A stretch of DNA of 64,000 nucleotides from Squalus acanthias. Lineage: Eukaryota. The stretch's first letter is position 1, and every line of letters begins with the position of its first letter. Location of the stretch: NCBI GenBank assembly GCA_030390025.1, contig CM059432.1, positions 74,030,001-74,094,000 on the forward strand. The letters run 5' to 3'. Under the pieces are notes generated by a model, which was not told the origin of the DNA, searched no databases, and was given only the letters and a program-made list of their open reading frames with translations. Positions 12,346 to 25,930 of the stretch are shown here, piece by piece. The position numbers were made by a program, and so were the translations under genes.

Positions 12346-13081
12346 ATGGATTGTCTACCCTCCAGAATGATCCTGCAGTAGGAGGAGAATTTGGTTGTGG
12401 AGAGGGAAAAAGATGCATTACTTTTGAAACTTGTGGAAGAGAGTTGCAACTAAAATAATCACAACTGGAAATTAAGAACATGATCAGAAATTGTGACTGT
12501 AAAGCTATCTTAAAGCATTTACAACCTAAGTGGCAAAATACCACAAACTAACTGCATCTAACTGAAGCAAAGGGATAGCTTTGTGCTTTTTATTAATGTT
12601 GCTGTAATAGCAAGGATGCAAAGAAAGTGTACCAAGTACACCCACTTCCTGGTCTCTGTTATCTCCCTGGCCACTGTGCTTGCGAACATCATAAATGGCT
12701 CCCTTTAATTTTGTCATTCTTTAAACTAAACAGAATATCCATCCTCTAGTGCTTCATTAGATAATTGGATAATTTTCTGGGATTGCTGTTAGTGTTAGCT
12801 GATCTCAGATGGGGTGATGGTTGGATGCCAGTGTTGGCCTCCGTATCCTGAGATAAAGGTTATAAATGAGCCACATTTTGCATTTCTGCTGGATATTCTA
12901 TCTGTGTAGATGTCTTGTGAGGAGAGGATCAGAATAACAGGATCCGCTGTTGAGTGGCTGTCTGCTCCTCCTTGTCTTGGTGCTACACATAGAATGCCTA
13001 TGCAATTGCATCCCAACATGAGTTGGCATCTTTAGGAGGGAGTACAAAAGGGGAAAGAAAACATGAATTGCTTCATTTTGA

Positions 13082-13249
<168 letters not shown>

Positions 13250-13343
13250 TAAAAAGTGCTGTAACTTTGTTCATTTTAGCAATTGTTTTTAGAAACTTTG
13301 AAATGGATTTAACAGCAAATACTTGCTGATGAACTAGACCTTT

Positions 13344-16300
13344 CATAGTATAATAGAAAAGTACAGCACAAAAGGAGGCCATTCGGACCATGGGGTCTGC
13401 ACCGGCTCGTTCGAAGGAGCAATCCAATTAGTCCCACTCTTTCCCCATATCCCTGCAATTATTTCTCCAAGTATTTATCCAATTCCCTTTTGAAGGCTAC
13501 TATTGAATCTGAATCCACCACCCTATCGGGCAGTGCATTCCAAATCCTAACCACTTGTGTAAAAAAAGAAGTATTTTCTCATGCCGCCTCTGTTTCTTTT
13601 GCCAGTCACCTTCAAACTGTGCCCGCTGGTTATCGACTCTTCAGCCATTGGAAACCGTTTCTCTTTATTTACTCTATCTAAATCCTTCATGATTTTGAGC
13701 ACCTCTATCAAATGTCCTCTTCTCCTTTTCTGCTCCAAGGAGAACAACCCCAGCTTCTCCAGTCTATCCACCTTACTGTATTCCCTCATCCCTGGAACCA
13801 TTCTCGTAAATCTCTTCTGTATTCTCTCCAAAGCCTTCGCATCCTTCCTAAGGTGTGGTGCCCAGAATTGGACAGAATACTCCAGCTGGGGCTGAACTAG
13901 TGTTTTATATAGGTTTAGCATAACTTCCTGGCTTTTGTACTCTGCCTTTATTTATAAAGCCCAGGATCTCATGTACTTTATTAACTGCTCTGTTAACCTG
14001 TCCTGCTGCCTTCAAAGACGTGCACAAGCACTCCAGGTCTCTCTGTTCTTGCACCCCCTTTAAAATTGTACCATTTAGTGTGTATGCTCTCAATCTTCCT
14101 ACCAAAATGTATCACCTTACACTTCTGCATTTAATTTCATCTGCCATGTGTCCGCTCATTCCACCAGACTGTCTACCTGTTCTTAAAGTCTATTATCTTC
14201 CTCGCTGGTTATTACGCTTCCAAGTTTGGTGTCATCTGCAAATTTAGATATTGTGCACTGTACCCCCAAGTCAAAGTCATTAATGTTTATGAAAAACAGC
14301 CATTCACTACAACTGTCTTCTATCCCTTAGCCAATTTTGTACCATGCTGCCACTATCCCTCTTATCCCATGGGCTTTAATTTTGCTAACAAGCCTATTAT
14401 GTGGTACTTTATCAAACACCTTTTGAAAGTCCATATACACATCAACTGCACTGCACTCATCCACCCTCTGTTACCTCATCAAAAGACTCAATCAAGTTAG
14501 TCAAACAAACCTGTGCTGGCTCTCCTTTTATTAGTCCATGCTTGTCCAAATGGCTGTTAATTTTCTCCTGTTATGGTTTCTAAAAGCTTCCCCACCACAG
14601 ATGTTAAACTCACTGGCTTGTAATTGCCAGGTTTATCCTCTGCTTTTTTGAACAAGGGTGTAACGTTTGCAATCCTCTAGTCCTTTGGCACCACCCCTGT
14701 ATCTAAGGAGGATTGGAAGATTGTGGCCAACACCTCTGCAATTTCTGCTCGCTCTTCTCAGTAACCTCGGATGCATCCCATCTGGACCGGGTGACTTATC
14801 CACTTTAATTACCGCCAGCCTTTCTTGTACCCCCTCTATTTTTATCTGGTCCAATATCCCAGCAACCTCCTTATTTACCATAGCTTTGGCAATGTCCTCT
14901 TCCTGGTAAACACCGATGCAAAGTACTCATTTAGTACCTCAGCCATGCCTTCTGACTCCACCAATAGTTCTCCATTTTGGTCCCCAATCAGCCCCATCAC
15001 TCCTCTGACAACTCTTACTGTTAATATGCCTATAGAAGACCTTTGGATTCCCCTTTGTTAGCTGCCAATCTAATCTCATGCTGTTTCTTTGCCCCTCTTC
15101 TTTTCTTTTCACTTCTCTGTACTTTTTATATTCAACCTGATTCTCCCTTGTATTATCAAGCTGACATCTGTCATTGACCCCCTTTTTCTGCTTCATCCTA
15201 TTCTCCAACTCCTTTGTCATCTAGGGAGCTCTGGCTTTGGTTGACTTCCCTTTCCCCCTTTTAGGAATGTACCAAGACTGTACCCGAATCATCACCATTA
15301 CATTTTTGTCTGCCAGTGCTTGACTCCAATTTACTCAGGCCAGATCCCCCCTCAGTTTGCTGAAATTAATCCTCCTGCAGTTTTTATTCCACCTTGCTCC
15401 TTGTTCTTCTCCATAGCTAATCTAAACGGTACGATACTATGATCACTATTCCCAAAATGCTGTCCAACTGTGACATTCTCCACTTGACCCACTTCGTTCC
15501 CCAGAACTAGATCCAGCAATGCCACCTTCCTTGTTGGGCAGGAAACATACTGATCAAGAAAATTCTCCTGAACATACTTCAGAAATTCCTTCCCTTCTCT
15601 GCCCTTGACACAATCACTGCCCCATTCAATATTGGGGTAGTTAAAGTCTCCCATCACTATATAGTTCTTGGACCTCAGTAATTTCTTTACAAATCTGCTC
15701 CTCAGTCTCCTTCCCACTATTTGGCCTGTAAAATACACCAAGTAGTGTAATAGCTCCTTTTATTGTTTCTCAACTCCAACCAAATAGATTCTGTCTTTGA
15801 TCCCTCAAGGACATTCTCTTTCTAACACTAATATTTTTCTTAATCAAAATTGCTACCCCTCCTTTTTTTCCTTCCCTATCTTTCCTGAATACCTTGTACC
15901 CAGTAATATTAAGCATTCAAACCTCCTTTTTTTTGAGCCAGGTCTCCGTTATCACCACTAGATCATATTCCCACGTGGCTATTTGCACCTGCAGTTCACC
16001 AACCTTATTATTCACACCGTGCATTTATACACATGCATGCCAAACCTAACTTCGACCTCTATTTTCTATGATCCCACCTAATTCTGTATTTCTAACCCTA
16101 ACTGTCTCTCCCAGTCCTCTACCTTGTTTCTACTTTTTAATACTACATCCTGGTGCCCAACCCCTTGGCGAATTACTTTAAACCCAACCCACAGCACTAG
16201 TTAACCAATAGGGATATTTGTCCCAGCTCTGTTCAGGTACAACCCGTCCATCTTGAACAGGTCCCTCCTGCCACAAAACTGGTCCCAATGTTCCAGGAAT

Positions 16301-16570
16301 CTGAAGCCCTCCCTCCTGCACCATGTCCCTAGCCACGCATTAACCTGCCATATCTTCCTATTTCTACTCTAGCTAGCACGTGGCACTGGGAGTAATTCAG
16401 AGATTACTATCTTTTTGAGGTCCTGCTTTTTAATTTCCTTTCTAGCTCCATAAACTCTGACTGCAGGACCTCAACCCTCTTCCTCCCTATGTCGTTGGTT
16501 CCGACTTGGACCACGACTTCTGGCTCTTCCCCCAATAGAATGTTCTGCACCCTCTAATGTCCCTTACCCT
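13344..16570 (-). mobile_element. CR1 LINE (family A), from the 3' end of ORF1 through decayed ORF2 to the tail
   Basis: Endonuclease VMGDFNYPNIEW...LDLVL...SDH (15352-15741), KSPGPDGMHPRLL, LYKTLVQPQLEYSVQFWAP; begins about 110 bp after the exon 13120-13231 donor. Confidence 0.9.
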
Positions 16571-17803
16571 TTCTTAGAGCTCATGTTACTTTTTTGGGCT
16601 GGCTTCTTTCACAGTGCTATCTTGGTTGGAGAAAGGAACTCATTCAGCTGCTTGGGTATTGCAAATGTATGTAGCCATTTAATTTTGTTTGGTAACTGAA
16701 TTTCATTGGTTGCAACCTTAGGAAAGGCATGGTTTAAATCATCTCCCCCTGTTGGAGGAGACGGCACTCTTGTAAGAGGAGCAATCTGGTCCAGCAATAC
16801 TCATCTGTTAAACTTGATGTAGTTGCATTATTCAATTTTAAATTGTTGTAGTCACAGTTTGTAATGTCGCAAGGATTAGCCCACCTATGATTACTATTCA
16901 AATTTGAAGGTCGAAGGAAGTCTTGATGTCCTCAAACAGTTAATCATCTACAATTTATTGATTAGACTTGCACTGAATAGCTGACTAATGGTAATACATG
17001 ATGGGTATTTATGTATTAGTGGCTGCCAAGCCACCATAATAGCTACTGTTGGCAAAGAAGAAAATCATCTGTAATTTGGGTTGTTCTGGAAAACTGAATA
17101 CAGCAGCAGAATGTGTCTAACTCAGTTTTCTGCAAATGATCAAATTCAGCATAGTTAAAGGATTTGAATTTCAGAATTCTACAACTCTGGTCATTCCAAT
17201 ATGTATCATTGATGCAGATGGGGTAAGCCATTGGCTGTGCCACTTGAGGTCCCTAATTCAGCATTATGTTGCTGTGGTGTATTCAGATTACTTTTCCAGG
17301 AAATTTTGATATTCACAACGGGAAGATTGGGTCATGAAATGGCGTAATTAAAGGTGCATACCACTGCTCATGCCATTCCACGAAACTCCAGGCCAGTATC
17401 ACTTGCTGTATTATGTATTCTGTTCATAACACGCTAGGTAAGTAATTAAATATCGATGGGAATTAAAATGCCTGTATTGCAGAGTTGTGTCCAAACTTTT
17501 TCCACAGTGCCACCTGTTTTCTGTTGAGACCTTGATGAAATACAATGAGCTCCTCTCTGATTTTTTTTGATGTACTGGTTAGAAACTGCTCAGACTTCAT
17601 TCTGTGGGGCAAGGTGTAGACCTCAGGTGAACTTTAGGGGGATTAAGATGATGAGTACTTGGACAATGGGATTAAATTTACATAAAGTACAGAACTGTTT
17701 TGCTTATTTCAGGGGCAAATAATAAATCCATAAAATTTTTAACCATTAATTGTTATTTCGGTATTAAACAATGTGGTAGAGTTCCAGGAAGCAAAAGAGC
17801 GGC

Positions 17804-18169
17804 AATAAAAACAGAAAATGCTGGAAATAGTCAGCAGGTCAGGCAGCATCTGTGGAGAGAAAGAGTTAACGTTTCAGGTCGATGACCCTTTGTCAGAACT
17901 GGGAAAAAGTTCGAGATGTAACAGATTTCAAGCAAGGGCAGGGAAAGGGGGAGGCAAGAACAAAAGGGAAGGTCTGTGATGGGGTGGAAGGCAGGAGAGA
18001 TTAAAAGACAAAAGGGATAATGGTGCAAGGCAAAAGTAGATGGTAATGGGACAAGTAAAGAAACAAAAGATGAGTCTAGATGAGGTGTAAATGGGAATGG
18101 CAGAATTATCAACAGCTGCCATGTGGAAACAAGAGGCAGCGGTTATGGTCTGAAATTGTTGAACTCTAT
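17804..18169 (-). mobile_element. Penelope-like element 3' fragment
   Basis: Colinear with 63320-63685; encodes the last residues IEFNNFRP* and contains a hammerhead-like motif. Confidence 0.75.
17863..17902 (-). ncRNA. Minimal hammerhead ribozyme-like motif (core variant, probably inactive)
   Basis: Minus strand: CC AGUU CUGACAA A GGGUC AUC GACCU GAAA CG UU AACU C. Stem I AGUU/AACU, stem II GGGUC/GACCU, palindromic ACGU in place of stem III; CUGANGA reads CUGACAA. Confidence 0.65.
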
Positions 18170-18650
18170 GGGCCGTAATTTGGGGCCCCTGCGGGTGCAT
18201 ACGAGGTGCGCATATGCCTGTAAGAGCCGTGCAAGTTCCAGGTTTCGGCATGTAGAGCACATGCGCGAAAACCCAAACTTGCGATCTGTCAAGAATTTTC
18301 TGGACAGATCATCCGCATACCCGGGAGAAGGGCCTCTGGGCAAAGTTGAGCTATTTGCCCAACTTCTGCCCAGTGAATGCCCTTGAAATTCTTGTGCCTG
18401 GTAAAAGCGGGGCCTGCTTTTACCAGGTAGTTTAAAGTAAAATAAAATTTTATCACTCATTTATACATTAAAAACCCTGTCCCATAAGAAGTTTGTTTTT
18501 AGCCCTGTTAAATTTAATTTTTGGAAAAAAATGTTTTTTGATTAAACTATTTAAATGACATTTTTAAATGATTAAAAAAAAAAATTATTTCACATGCTCG
18601 TGTATTTTCTAAGTGATCCCCATTCATACTTATGGGAGTTCCCATAAACA
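18170..18650. mobile_element. Truncated MITE-like element related to 47424-48139
   Basis: Starts gggccgtaattt; CpG-rich arm with internal hairpins (cctggtaaaagc...gcttttaccagg at about 18397-18427) and an AT-rich interior; abuts the Penelope fragment. Confidence 0.55.
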
Positions 18651-20878
18651 AAACAAAATGGCAAGATGAACAAGATAGTAGGAAATAATTCTAAGTGTAA
18701 AAAATCAGAAATGATGAGGTGTAGATAGCAGAATGACCAGGGAAGCCAGTGGTTGAGGATTTACAACAGGGTCTGACCCTGACTGATCTTTTCACCATGT
18801 TGGGGAGGTGAACCATTGAGAGTTGATCAAAAAGTTACAAAAATTCAGGAATAAAAATCTCTATACAATACAGGAATTCTTTTTCATGTACTGCCTTATT
18901 CTGTTGCTTGAGCAGAATTAGCATGTTATTGGTGACCAGGATAGTGAATTTTGGCCAAGCCAAAACTCTGGTCTCAATTGTTTAAAAGCACTGAACAGAT
19001 AGCATCCAAGTGTACATTGAACAAGTAAATAGCTACTGATGAAACCATGACAAATAATAGTTGCTCCAAAATTTGTCATCAATCGGTTTGAGAACAAGTG
19101 CAAACCTGAAATTTAGATTCTCAAATTGGGAGGGGGGAGGTGAGTAGAGGGTGAAGATTCAAGCAAAGTCACTCGAGCATAACTGCATGCAGGGGGCTTT
19201 GTGGCATCTTGTGTGCAGTGGCACTTCCAGAAACTCAAAGGTCTAGCTTCTTTAGTAATACCACACCTCTTATTCCCCCAACTATTTTTTTGTACTGTGG
19301 ACAAGTGAAGTCATTTCTAATACCAAACATGAGCGTTTTGACTATTTGACTCATCCCTACATTTAAGTTACATGAGAATTCTGAACATAGCTAAAGGTTT
19401 GAGTAAAAGGACAAGGAGCAATCTAGAGTTAAAATACCTAATTGGAGGAGGGCCAATTTCAATGGGTTGAGAACAGACCTGGCCTGGGTAAATTGGAATC
19501 AGATTGGCAGGCAAAACTGTATTCGAACAATGGGCTGCCTTTAAAGAGAAAATGGTTCAGGTACTGTCGAGGTATATTCCCACGAGGGGGGAAAAGGTAG
19601 GGCAACTAAAGCCAGAGCTCCTTGGATGATGAAAGAGTGAGTCAGGATGAAGCAGAAAAAGGTGTATGACAGATGTCGGGTTGAGAATACAAGTGAGAAC
19701 CAGGCTGAATATAGAAAGTTCAGAGGGGAAGTGAAAAAGGAAATGAGGTGCAAAGAAAGAATATGAGAATAGATTGGCAGCTAACATAAAAGGGAATCCA
19801 AAAGTCTTCTAATCGGCATATAAATAGTAAATGGGTAGTAAGAGGAGGGGTGGGGCCGATTAGGGACCCAAAAGGAGACCTATGCATGGAGGCAGAGGGC
19901 ATGGCTGAGGTGCGAAATGAGTACTTTGCATCTGTCTTTACTAAAGAAGAAGATGCTGCCAAAACCATAATGAAAGGGAGGTAGTTGAGATACTAGATGG
20001 GCTGAAAATTGATAAAGGAAGTACCAGAAAGGCTGGCTGTACTTAAAGTAGATGTGTCACCAGGACTGGGTGGGATCCATCTGGGATGCGGAGGGAACTA
20101 AAGGTGGAAATTGTGGAGGTACTAGCCATAATCTACCAATCCTCCTTGGATACAAGGGTGGTGCCAGAGGACTGGAGAATTGCAAATGTTACACCCTTGT
20201 TCAAAAAAGGGTGTAAGGATAAACCCAGCAACTACAGGCCAGTCAGCTTAACCTCTGGTGGGGAAACTTTTAGAAATAATAATCTGGGACAAAATTAAGT
20301 CACTTGGACAAGTGTGGATTAATTAAGGAAAGCCAGCATAGATTTGTTAAAGGCAAATCGTGTTTAACTAACTTTTGATGAGGTAACAGAGGGTTGCTGA
20401 GGGCAATGCGGTTGATGTGGTGTACATGGACTTCCAAAAGGTGTTTGATAAAGTGTCACAGCAAAGTTGAAGCCCATGGAATAAAAGGGACAGTGGCAGC
20501 ATGGATACGAAATTGGCTAAGTGACGACAGGAAACAGTAGTGGTGAATGGTTGGTTGTTTCTCGGACTGGAGGAAGGTATATAGGGGTCGGTACTAGGAC
20601 CACTGCTTTTCTTGATCTATATTAATGACTTGGACTTGGGTGTACAGGGCACTTTCAAAATTTGCAGATGACAGAACTTGGAAGTATAGTGAACATTGAG
20701 GAGGATAGTGAGGGACTTCAAGAGGATGTGACAGGCTGGTGGAATGGGCAGACATGTGGCAGAAAAGTGCAAAGTGATACATTTTGGTAGAAAACAAGGG
20801 CCCTTGAGTATCATTTAATTGTAGTGTAATTGGTATTGATTTGATTTAATTTAATTTGAATTAATTAAAGGGTAAGTC

Positions 20879-21800
20879 ATGGCAGCACCGCTCGGCCCCA
20901 TGGCATGCTCCTCCTGCACTGTGCGAAATCAGGGACACTTCCTGTGTCCCTGACGACCGTGTGCGGGAAGTGTATCCAGCTGCAGCTACTGGCAGACCGC
21001 ATTGCGGCGCTGGAGCTGCGAATGGATACATACTGGAGCATTCGCGATGCTGAGGACATTGTGGATAGCACGTTTAGGGAGTGGGTCACACCATGGGTAA
21101 AGGCTGCACAGGCAGGAAGGGAATGGGTGACCGCCAGGCAGAGTAGCAGGCGCAGGCAGGTAGTGCAGGGGTCCCCTGTGGCCATCCCCCTCTCCGATAT
21201 ACCGCTTTGGATATTGTTGGGGGAGATGGCTTATCGGGGGAAGGCAGCAGCAGCCAACTTCCTGGCACCATGGGTGGTTCTGCTGCACAGGACGGGAGGA
21301 AAAAGAGCAGGAGAGCTATAGTGATGGGGGATTCTATTGTAAGGGGAATAGATAGGCGTTTCTGCGGCCGCAAACGAGACTCCAGGATGGTATGTTGCCT
21401 CCCTGGTGCAAGGGTCAAGGATGTCTGAGCGGCTGGAGGGGGAGGGTGAACAGCCAGTTGTGGTGCATATAGGTACCAATGATGTAGGTAAAAAACAAGA
21501 GGTCCTAAAAGCTGCATATAGGGAGTTAGGAGGTAAATTTAAAAAATAGGACCTCAAAGGTAGTAATCTCAGGATTGCTACCAGTGCCACATGCTAGTCA
21601 GTAGAAATAGGAGGCTATTTCAGATGAATACGTGGCTAGAGGAATGGTGCAAGGGGGAGGGATTCAAATTCCTGGAACATTGGAACCGGTTCTGGGGGAG
21701 GTGGGACCAATACAAACTAGACGGTTTGCACCTGGGTAGGACCGGGACCGATGTCCTAGGGGGAGTGTTTGCTAGTGCTGTTGGGGAGGGTTTAAACTAA
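20879..21800 (+). pseudogene. CR1 ORF1 (zinc finger, coiled coil, SGNH esterase), disrupted
   Basis: CSSC...VCGKC, LLADRIAALELRMD, IVMGDSIVRG, HIGTND, KLDGLHLG...GEGLN*; frameshifts and an in-frame stop. Confidence 0.85.
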
Positions 21801-21959
21801 AATGGCAGGGGATTGGGAACCTGTGCAGGGAAGCAAGGATAGAAGCAAAAGACAGGAAGGAGAAAAGCAAAAGTGGAAGGCAGAGCAATCAAGTGTGTAA
21901 ATCAAACAGGGCCACAGTAAATAATTCTAAAAGGACTAAGTGTTTTAAAAAAAAAAACA

Positions 21960-24730
21960 AGCCTGAAGGCTTTGTGTCTTAATGCGAGGAGCATTCGTAA
22001 TAAGGTGGATGCATTAGCTGCGCAAATAGATGTAAACGGATATGATATCATTGGGATTATGGAGACTTGGCTCCAGGGTGAACAAGGCTGGGAATTCAAC
22101 ATCCAGGGGTATTCAATATTCAGGAAGGACAGGCAAAAAGGAAAAGGAGGTGGGGTAGCATTGCTGGTTAAAGAGGAGATTAACACAATAGTAAGGAAGG
22201 ATATTAGCTTTGATGTGGAATCTGTATGGGTAGAGCTGAGAAATATTAAGGGGCAGAAAATGTTAGTGGGAGTTGTATACAGACACCCAAACAGTAATGC
22301 TGAGGTTGGGGATGGCATTAAATGGGAAATTAGACGTGTGCAATAAGGGCACAGCAGTTATCATGGGTGACTTTAATCTACATATAGGTTGGGCTAACCA
22401 AATTAGTAACAATACTGTGGAGGAGGAATTCCTGGAGTGTATACGGGATGGTTTCCTGCACCAATATGTTGAGGAACCAACTAGAGATCAGGCCATCTTA
22501 GACTGGGTATTATGTAATGAGAGGATTAATTTGCAATCTTATTGAGGCCCCTTGGGGAGGAGCGAGCATATGATAGAATTCTTCATTTAAGATGGAGAGT
22601 GAAGTCGTTGACTCAGACTTGGGTCCTGAATTTAAATAAAGGAAACTACGATGGTATGAGGTGTGAGTTGGCTAGGATGGATTGGGGAACGTTACTTAAA
22701 GGGTTGACGGTGGAGAGGCAATGGCAAACATTTAAAGATCGCATGGATGAACTACAGAATTTGTTCATCCCTGTCTGGCATAAAAATAAAACAAAAAAGG
22801 TGGCGCAACCTTGGCTAACAAGGGAAATTAGGGATAGCATAAGATCCAAGGAGAGGACATATAAATTAGCCAGAAAAAGCAGCAAACCTGAGGATTGGGA
22901 GCAGTTTAGGATTCAGCAAAGGAGGACAAAGGAATTAATTAAGAGGGGGAAAATAGAGTATGAGTAAGCTTGCAGGGAACATAAAAACTGACCGTAAAAG
23001 CTTCTATAGATATGTGAAGAGAAAAAGATTGGTGAAGTCAAGCGTAGGTCCCTTGCAATCCGAATCAGGGGAATTTATAATGGGGAACAAAGAAATGGCT
23101 GACCAATTAAATACATACTTTGGTTCTGTCATCACAAAGGAGGACACAAATAACCTCCCAGTGGTGTCGGGGAACATAGGGTCTAATGAGAGGGAGGAAC
23201 TGAATGAAATCAGTATTTGTAGGGAAATGGTGTTAGGGAAATTGACGGGATTGAAGGCCGATAAATCCCCAGGGCCTGATAATCTACATCCTAGGGTACT
23301 TAAGGAAGTGGCCCTAGAAATAGTAGATGCATTGCTGGTCATCTTCCAAACTTCTATAGACTCTGGCACAGTTCCCATTGATTGGAGGGTAGCTAATGTA
23401 ACCCCACTATTTAAAAAAGGTGGTAGAGAGAAAACGGGGAATTATAGCCTGACATCGGTAGTGGGAAAATGCTAGAGTCCATTATAAAAGATGTAATAGC
23501 AGAGCACTTGGAAAACAGTGACAGGATCGGACAAAGTCAACATGGATTTACAAAAGGTAAATCGTGCTTGACTAATCTACTGGAATTTTGAGGATGTAAC
23601 TGGTAGAATAGATAAGGGAGAACCAGTGGATGTGGTGTATTTGGACTTTCAGAAGGCTTTCGATAAGGTCCCGCATAAGAGATTAGCGTGCAAAGTTAAA
23701 GCACATGGGATTTGGGGGTAAGCTACTGACTTGGATAGAGAACTGGTTGGCAGACAGGAAGCAAAGAGTTGGAATAAACGGGTCTTTTTTCGGGTGGCAG
23801 GCAGTGACTAGTGGGGTACCACAGGGACCGGTGCTAGGACCCCAGCTATTCACAATATATATTAATGATCTAGACGAGGGAACTAGATGTAATATCTCCA
23901 AGTTTGCAGACGACACAAAGCTGGGTGGACGTGTGTGCTGTGCGGCGGATGCAGAGAAACTCCAGTGTGATTTGGACAGGTTGGGTGATTGGGCAGATGC
24001 AGTATAATGTGGATAAATGTGAGGTTATCCACTTTGGTGACAAAAACAGGAAGGCAGATTATTATCTGAACGGCAATAGATTGGGAAAAGGGGAAGTGCA
24101 ACGAGACCTGGGTGTCCTTGTGCACCAGTCGCTGAAGCTAAGCATGCAGGTGCAGCAGGCGGTTAAGAAGGCAAATGGTATGTTGGCCTTCATAGCGAGA
24201 GGATTCGAGTACAGGAGCAAGGATGTCTTGCTGCAGTTGTACAGGGCCTTGGTGAGACCACACCTTGAGTATTGTGTGCAGTTTTGGTCGCCTTATCTGA
24301 GGAAGGATGTTCTTGCCGCGAAGGGAATGCAGCGAAGATTCACCAGACTGATTCCTGGGATGGCAGGCATGACGTATGAAGAGAGATTGGGTCGATTAGG
24401 CTTATATTGGCTTGAGTTTAGAAGAATGAGAGGGGATCTCATTGAAACGTATAAAATTCTAACGGGACTAGACAGACTAGATGCAGGAAGGCTGTTCCCG
24501 ATGGCGGGGAGTCCAGAACCAGGGGTCACAGTCTAAGGATAAGGGGTAAGCCATTTAGGACGGAGATGAGGAGGAATTTCTTCACCCAGAGAGTGGTGAA
24601 CCTGTGGAATTCTCTACCACAGAAGGCAGTTGAGGCCAATTCATTAAATATATTCAAGAAGGAGTTAGATATATTTCTTAAGGCTAAAGGGATCAAGGGA
24701 TATGGGGAGAAAGCCGGGACAGGGTACTGA
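21960..24730 (+). pseudogene. CR1 ORF2 (APE endonuclease plus reverse transcriptase), disrupted
   Basis: [83 protein letters not shown]; several frameshifts. Confidence 0.9.
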
Positions 24731-25599
24731 ATTTGGATGATCATCCATGATCTCGTTAAATGGCGGAGCAGGCTCGAGAGGCCGAATGGCCTGCTCCTAT
24801 CTTCTATGTTTCTATGTAGAACGAGGAGAGGCAATATAAACTGAAGGGTACATTTCTAAAGGGGGTGCAGGAACAGAGACCTGGGGGTATATGCACAAAT
24901 CATTGAAGGCAGCAGGGCAGGTTGAGAAAGCAGTTTAAAAAAGCATACGGGATCCTGGGCTTCATAACTAGAGGCAGAGTACAAAAGCAAGGAAGTTATG
25001 ATGGGCTTTTATAAAACACTGGCTCAGCCACAACTGGAGTATTGTCCAATTCTGGGCACCGCACTTTAGGAAGGATGTGAAAGGTTTTGAGACGGTGCAG
25101 AAAAGATTTACAAAAAATGGTTCCAGGGATGAGGAATTGCCGTTATGTGGATAGACTGGAAAAGCAGGGGTTGTTCTCCTTGGAGCAGAGAAGGTAGAGG
25201 AGATTTGACAGGTGTTCAAAATCATGAGTGGTCTAGACAGAGTAGATCGAGAGAAACTGTTCCCATTAGTGGAAGGGTTGAGAACCAGAAGACAGATTTA
25301 AGGTGATTGGCAGAAGATCCAAAGGTGACATGAGGGCAAAAAAATGTATGCAGCAAGTGGTTATGATCTGGAATGCACTGCCTGAAAGGATGGTGGAGGC
25401 AGATTCAATCGTGGCTTTCAAAATGGAATTGGACAAGTAGCTGAAGGAAAAAACATTGCAGGGCTACAGGGAAAGGGTGGGGAGTGGGACTAGCTGAATT
25501 GCTGTTGCAGAGAGCCGGCATATGCTCGACGGGCAAATGTCCTCCTACTGTGCTGTAGCGATTCTATTCTAAAATGTCCATTAAATCTATATTAATGAG

Positions 25600-25930
25600 C
25601 TCCACTGGTTAAGGCAGCAACGAGTTGAGTCGTCAGACTAGAAGGTTCCAGGTTTGATCCTTGTTCTGTTCAATTAGCTGATAACTGCCCAGGCAGTGGT
25701 GGTGATGCTGCACTTGACATGAAAGGGGAAAATTGGCCTGTATTTTTGCTCCTGATTCCTATCCAGAGACCACCACTGGATGTGGAGGCACAGTCCAGCT
25801 CAGTGACAACCTCTAGTTAAACAGCAACCCAACATTCCACAAGTTCACGCACCAAGATTGGCCAATTAAGCAAGGTGCCAGATGACGGCTGATGCTTGTG
25901 GAACTGTCGCCCAATAGTGCCTTCAAGGGA
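25600..25930 (+). mobile_element. Old tRNA-derived SINE-like repeat (related decayed copies near 43240-43560 + and 62220-62420 -)
   Basis: Shared head gagtcgtcagactagaaggttccaggtttgatcc versus gagtcacccagaccaggaaggtcccaggtttgac (reverse complement of about 62368-62405). Confidence 0.4.

Larger units (their letters stand above)
20800..24817 (+). mobile_element. Near full-length CR1 LINE (family B, HER1-like) nested in another CR1
   Basis: ORF1 and ORF2 remnants in order, then a 3' UTR ending cttctatgtttctatg; the most complete copy in the window, but frameshifted. Confidence 0.92.
19403..25571 (+). mobile_element. CR1 LINE (family A) host, split into about 19403-20799 and 24818-25571
   Basis: Colinear with 1087-2833: ...gatacattttggtag is continued by agaacgaggagaggcaatataaa after the nested element; family A tail at about 25550-25571. 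Confidence 0.88.

Noticed and set aside
18143..18460. 105-aa ORF ending IEFNNFRP
   Set aside because: Chance read-through from a MITE into the last codons of the Penelope fragment.
20879..24730. Novel esterase plus reverse transcriptase system, or a retron-like locus
   Set aside because: This is the known CR1 ORF1/ORF2 architecture, multi-copy and disrupted.
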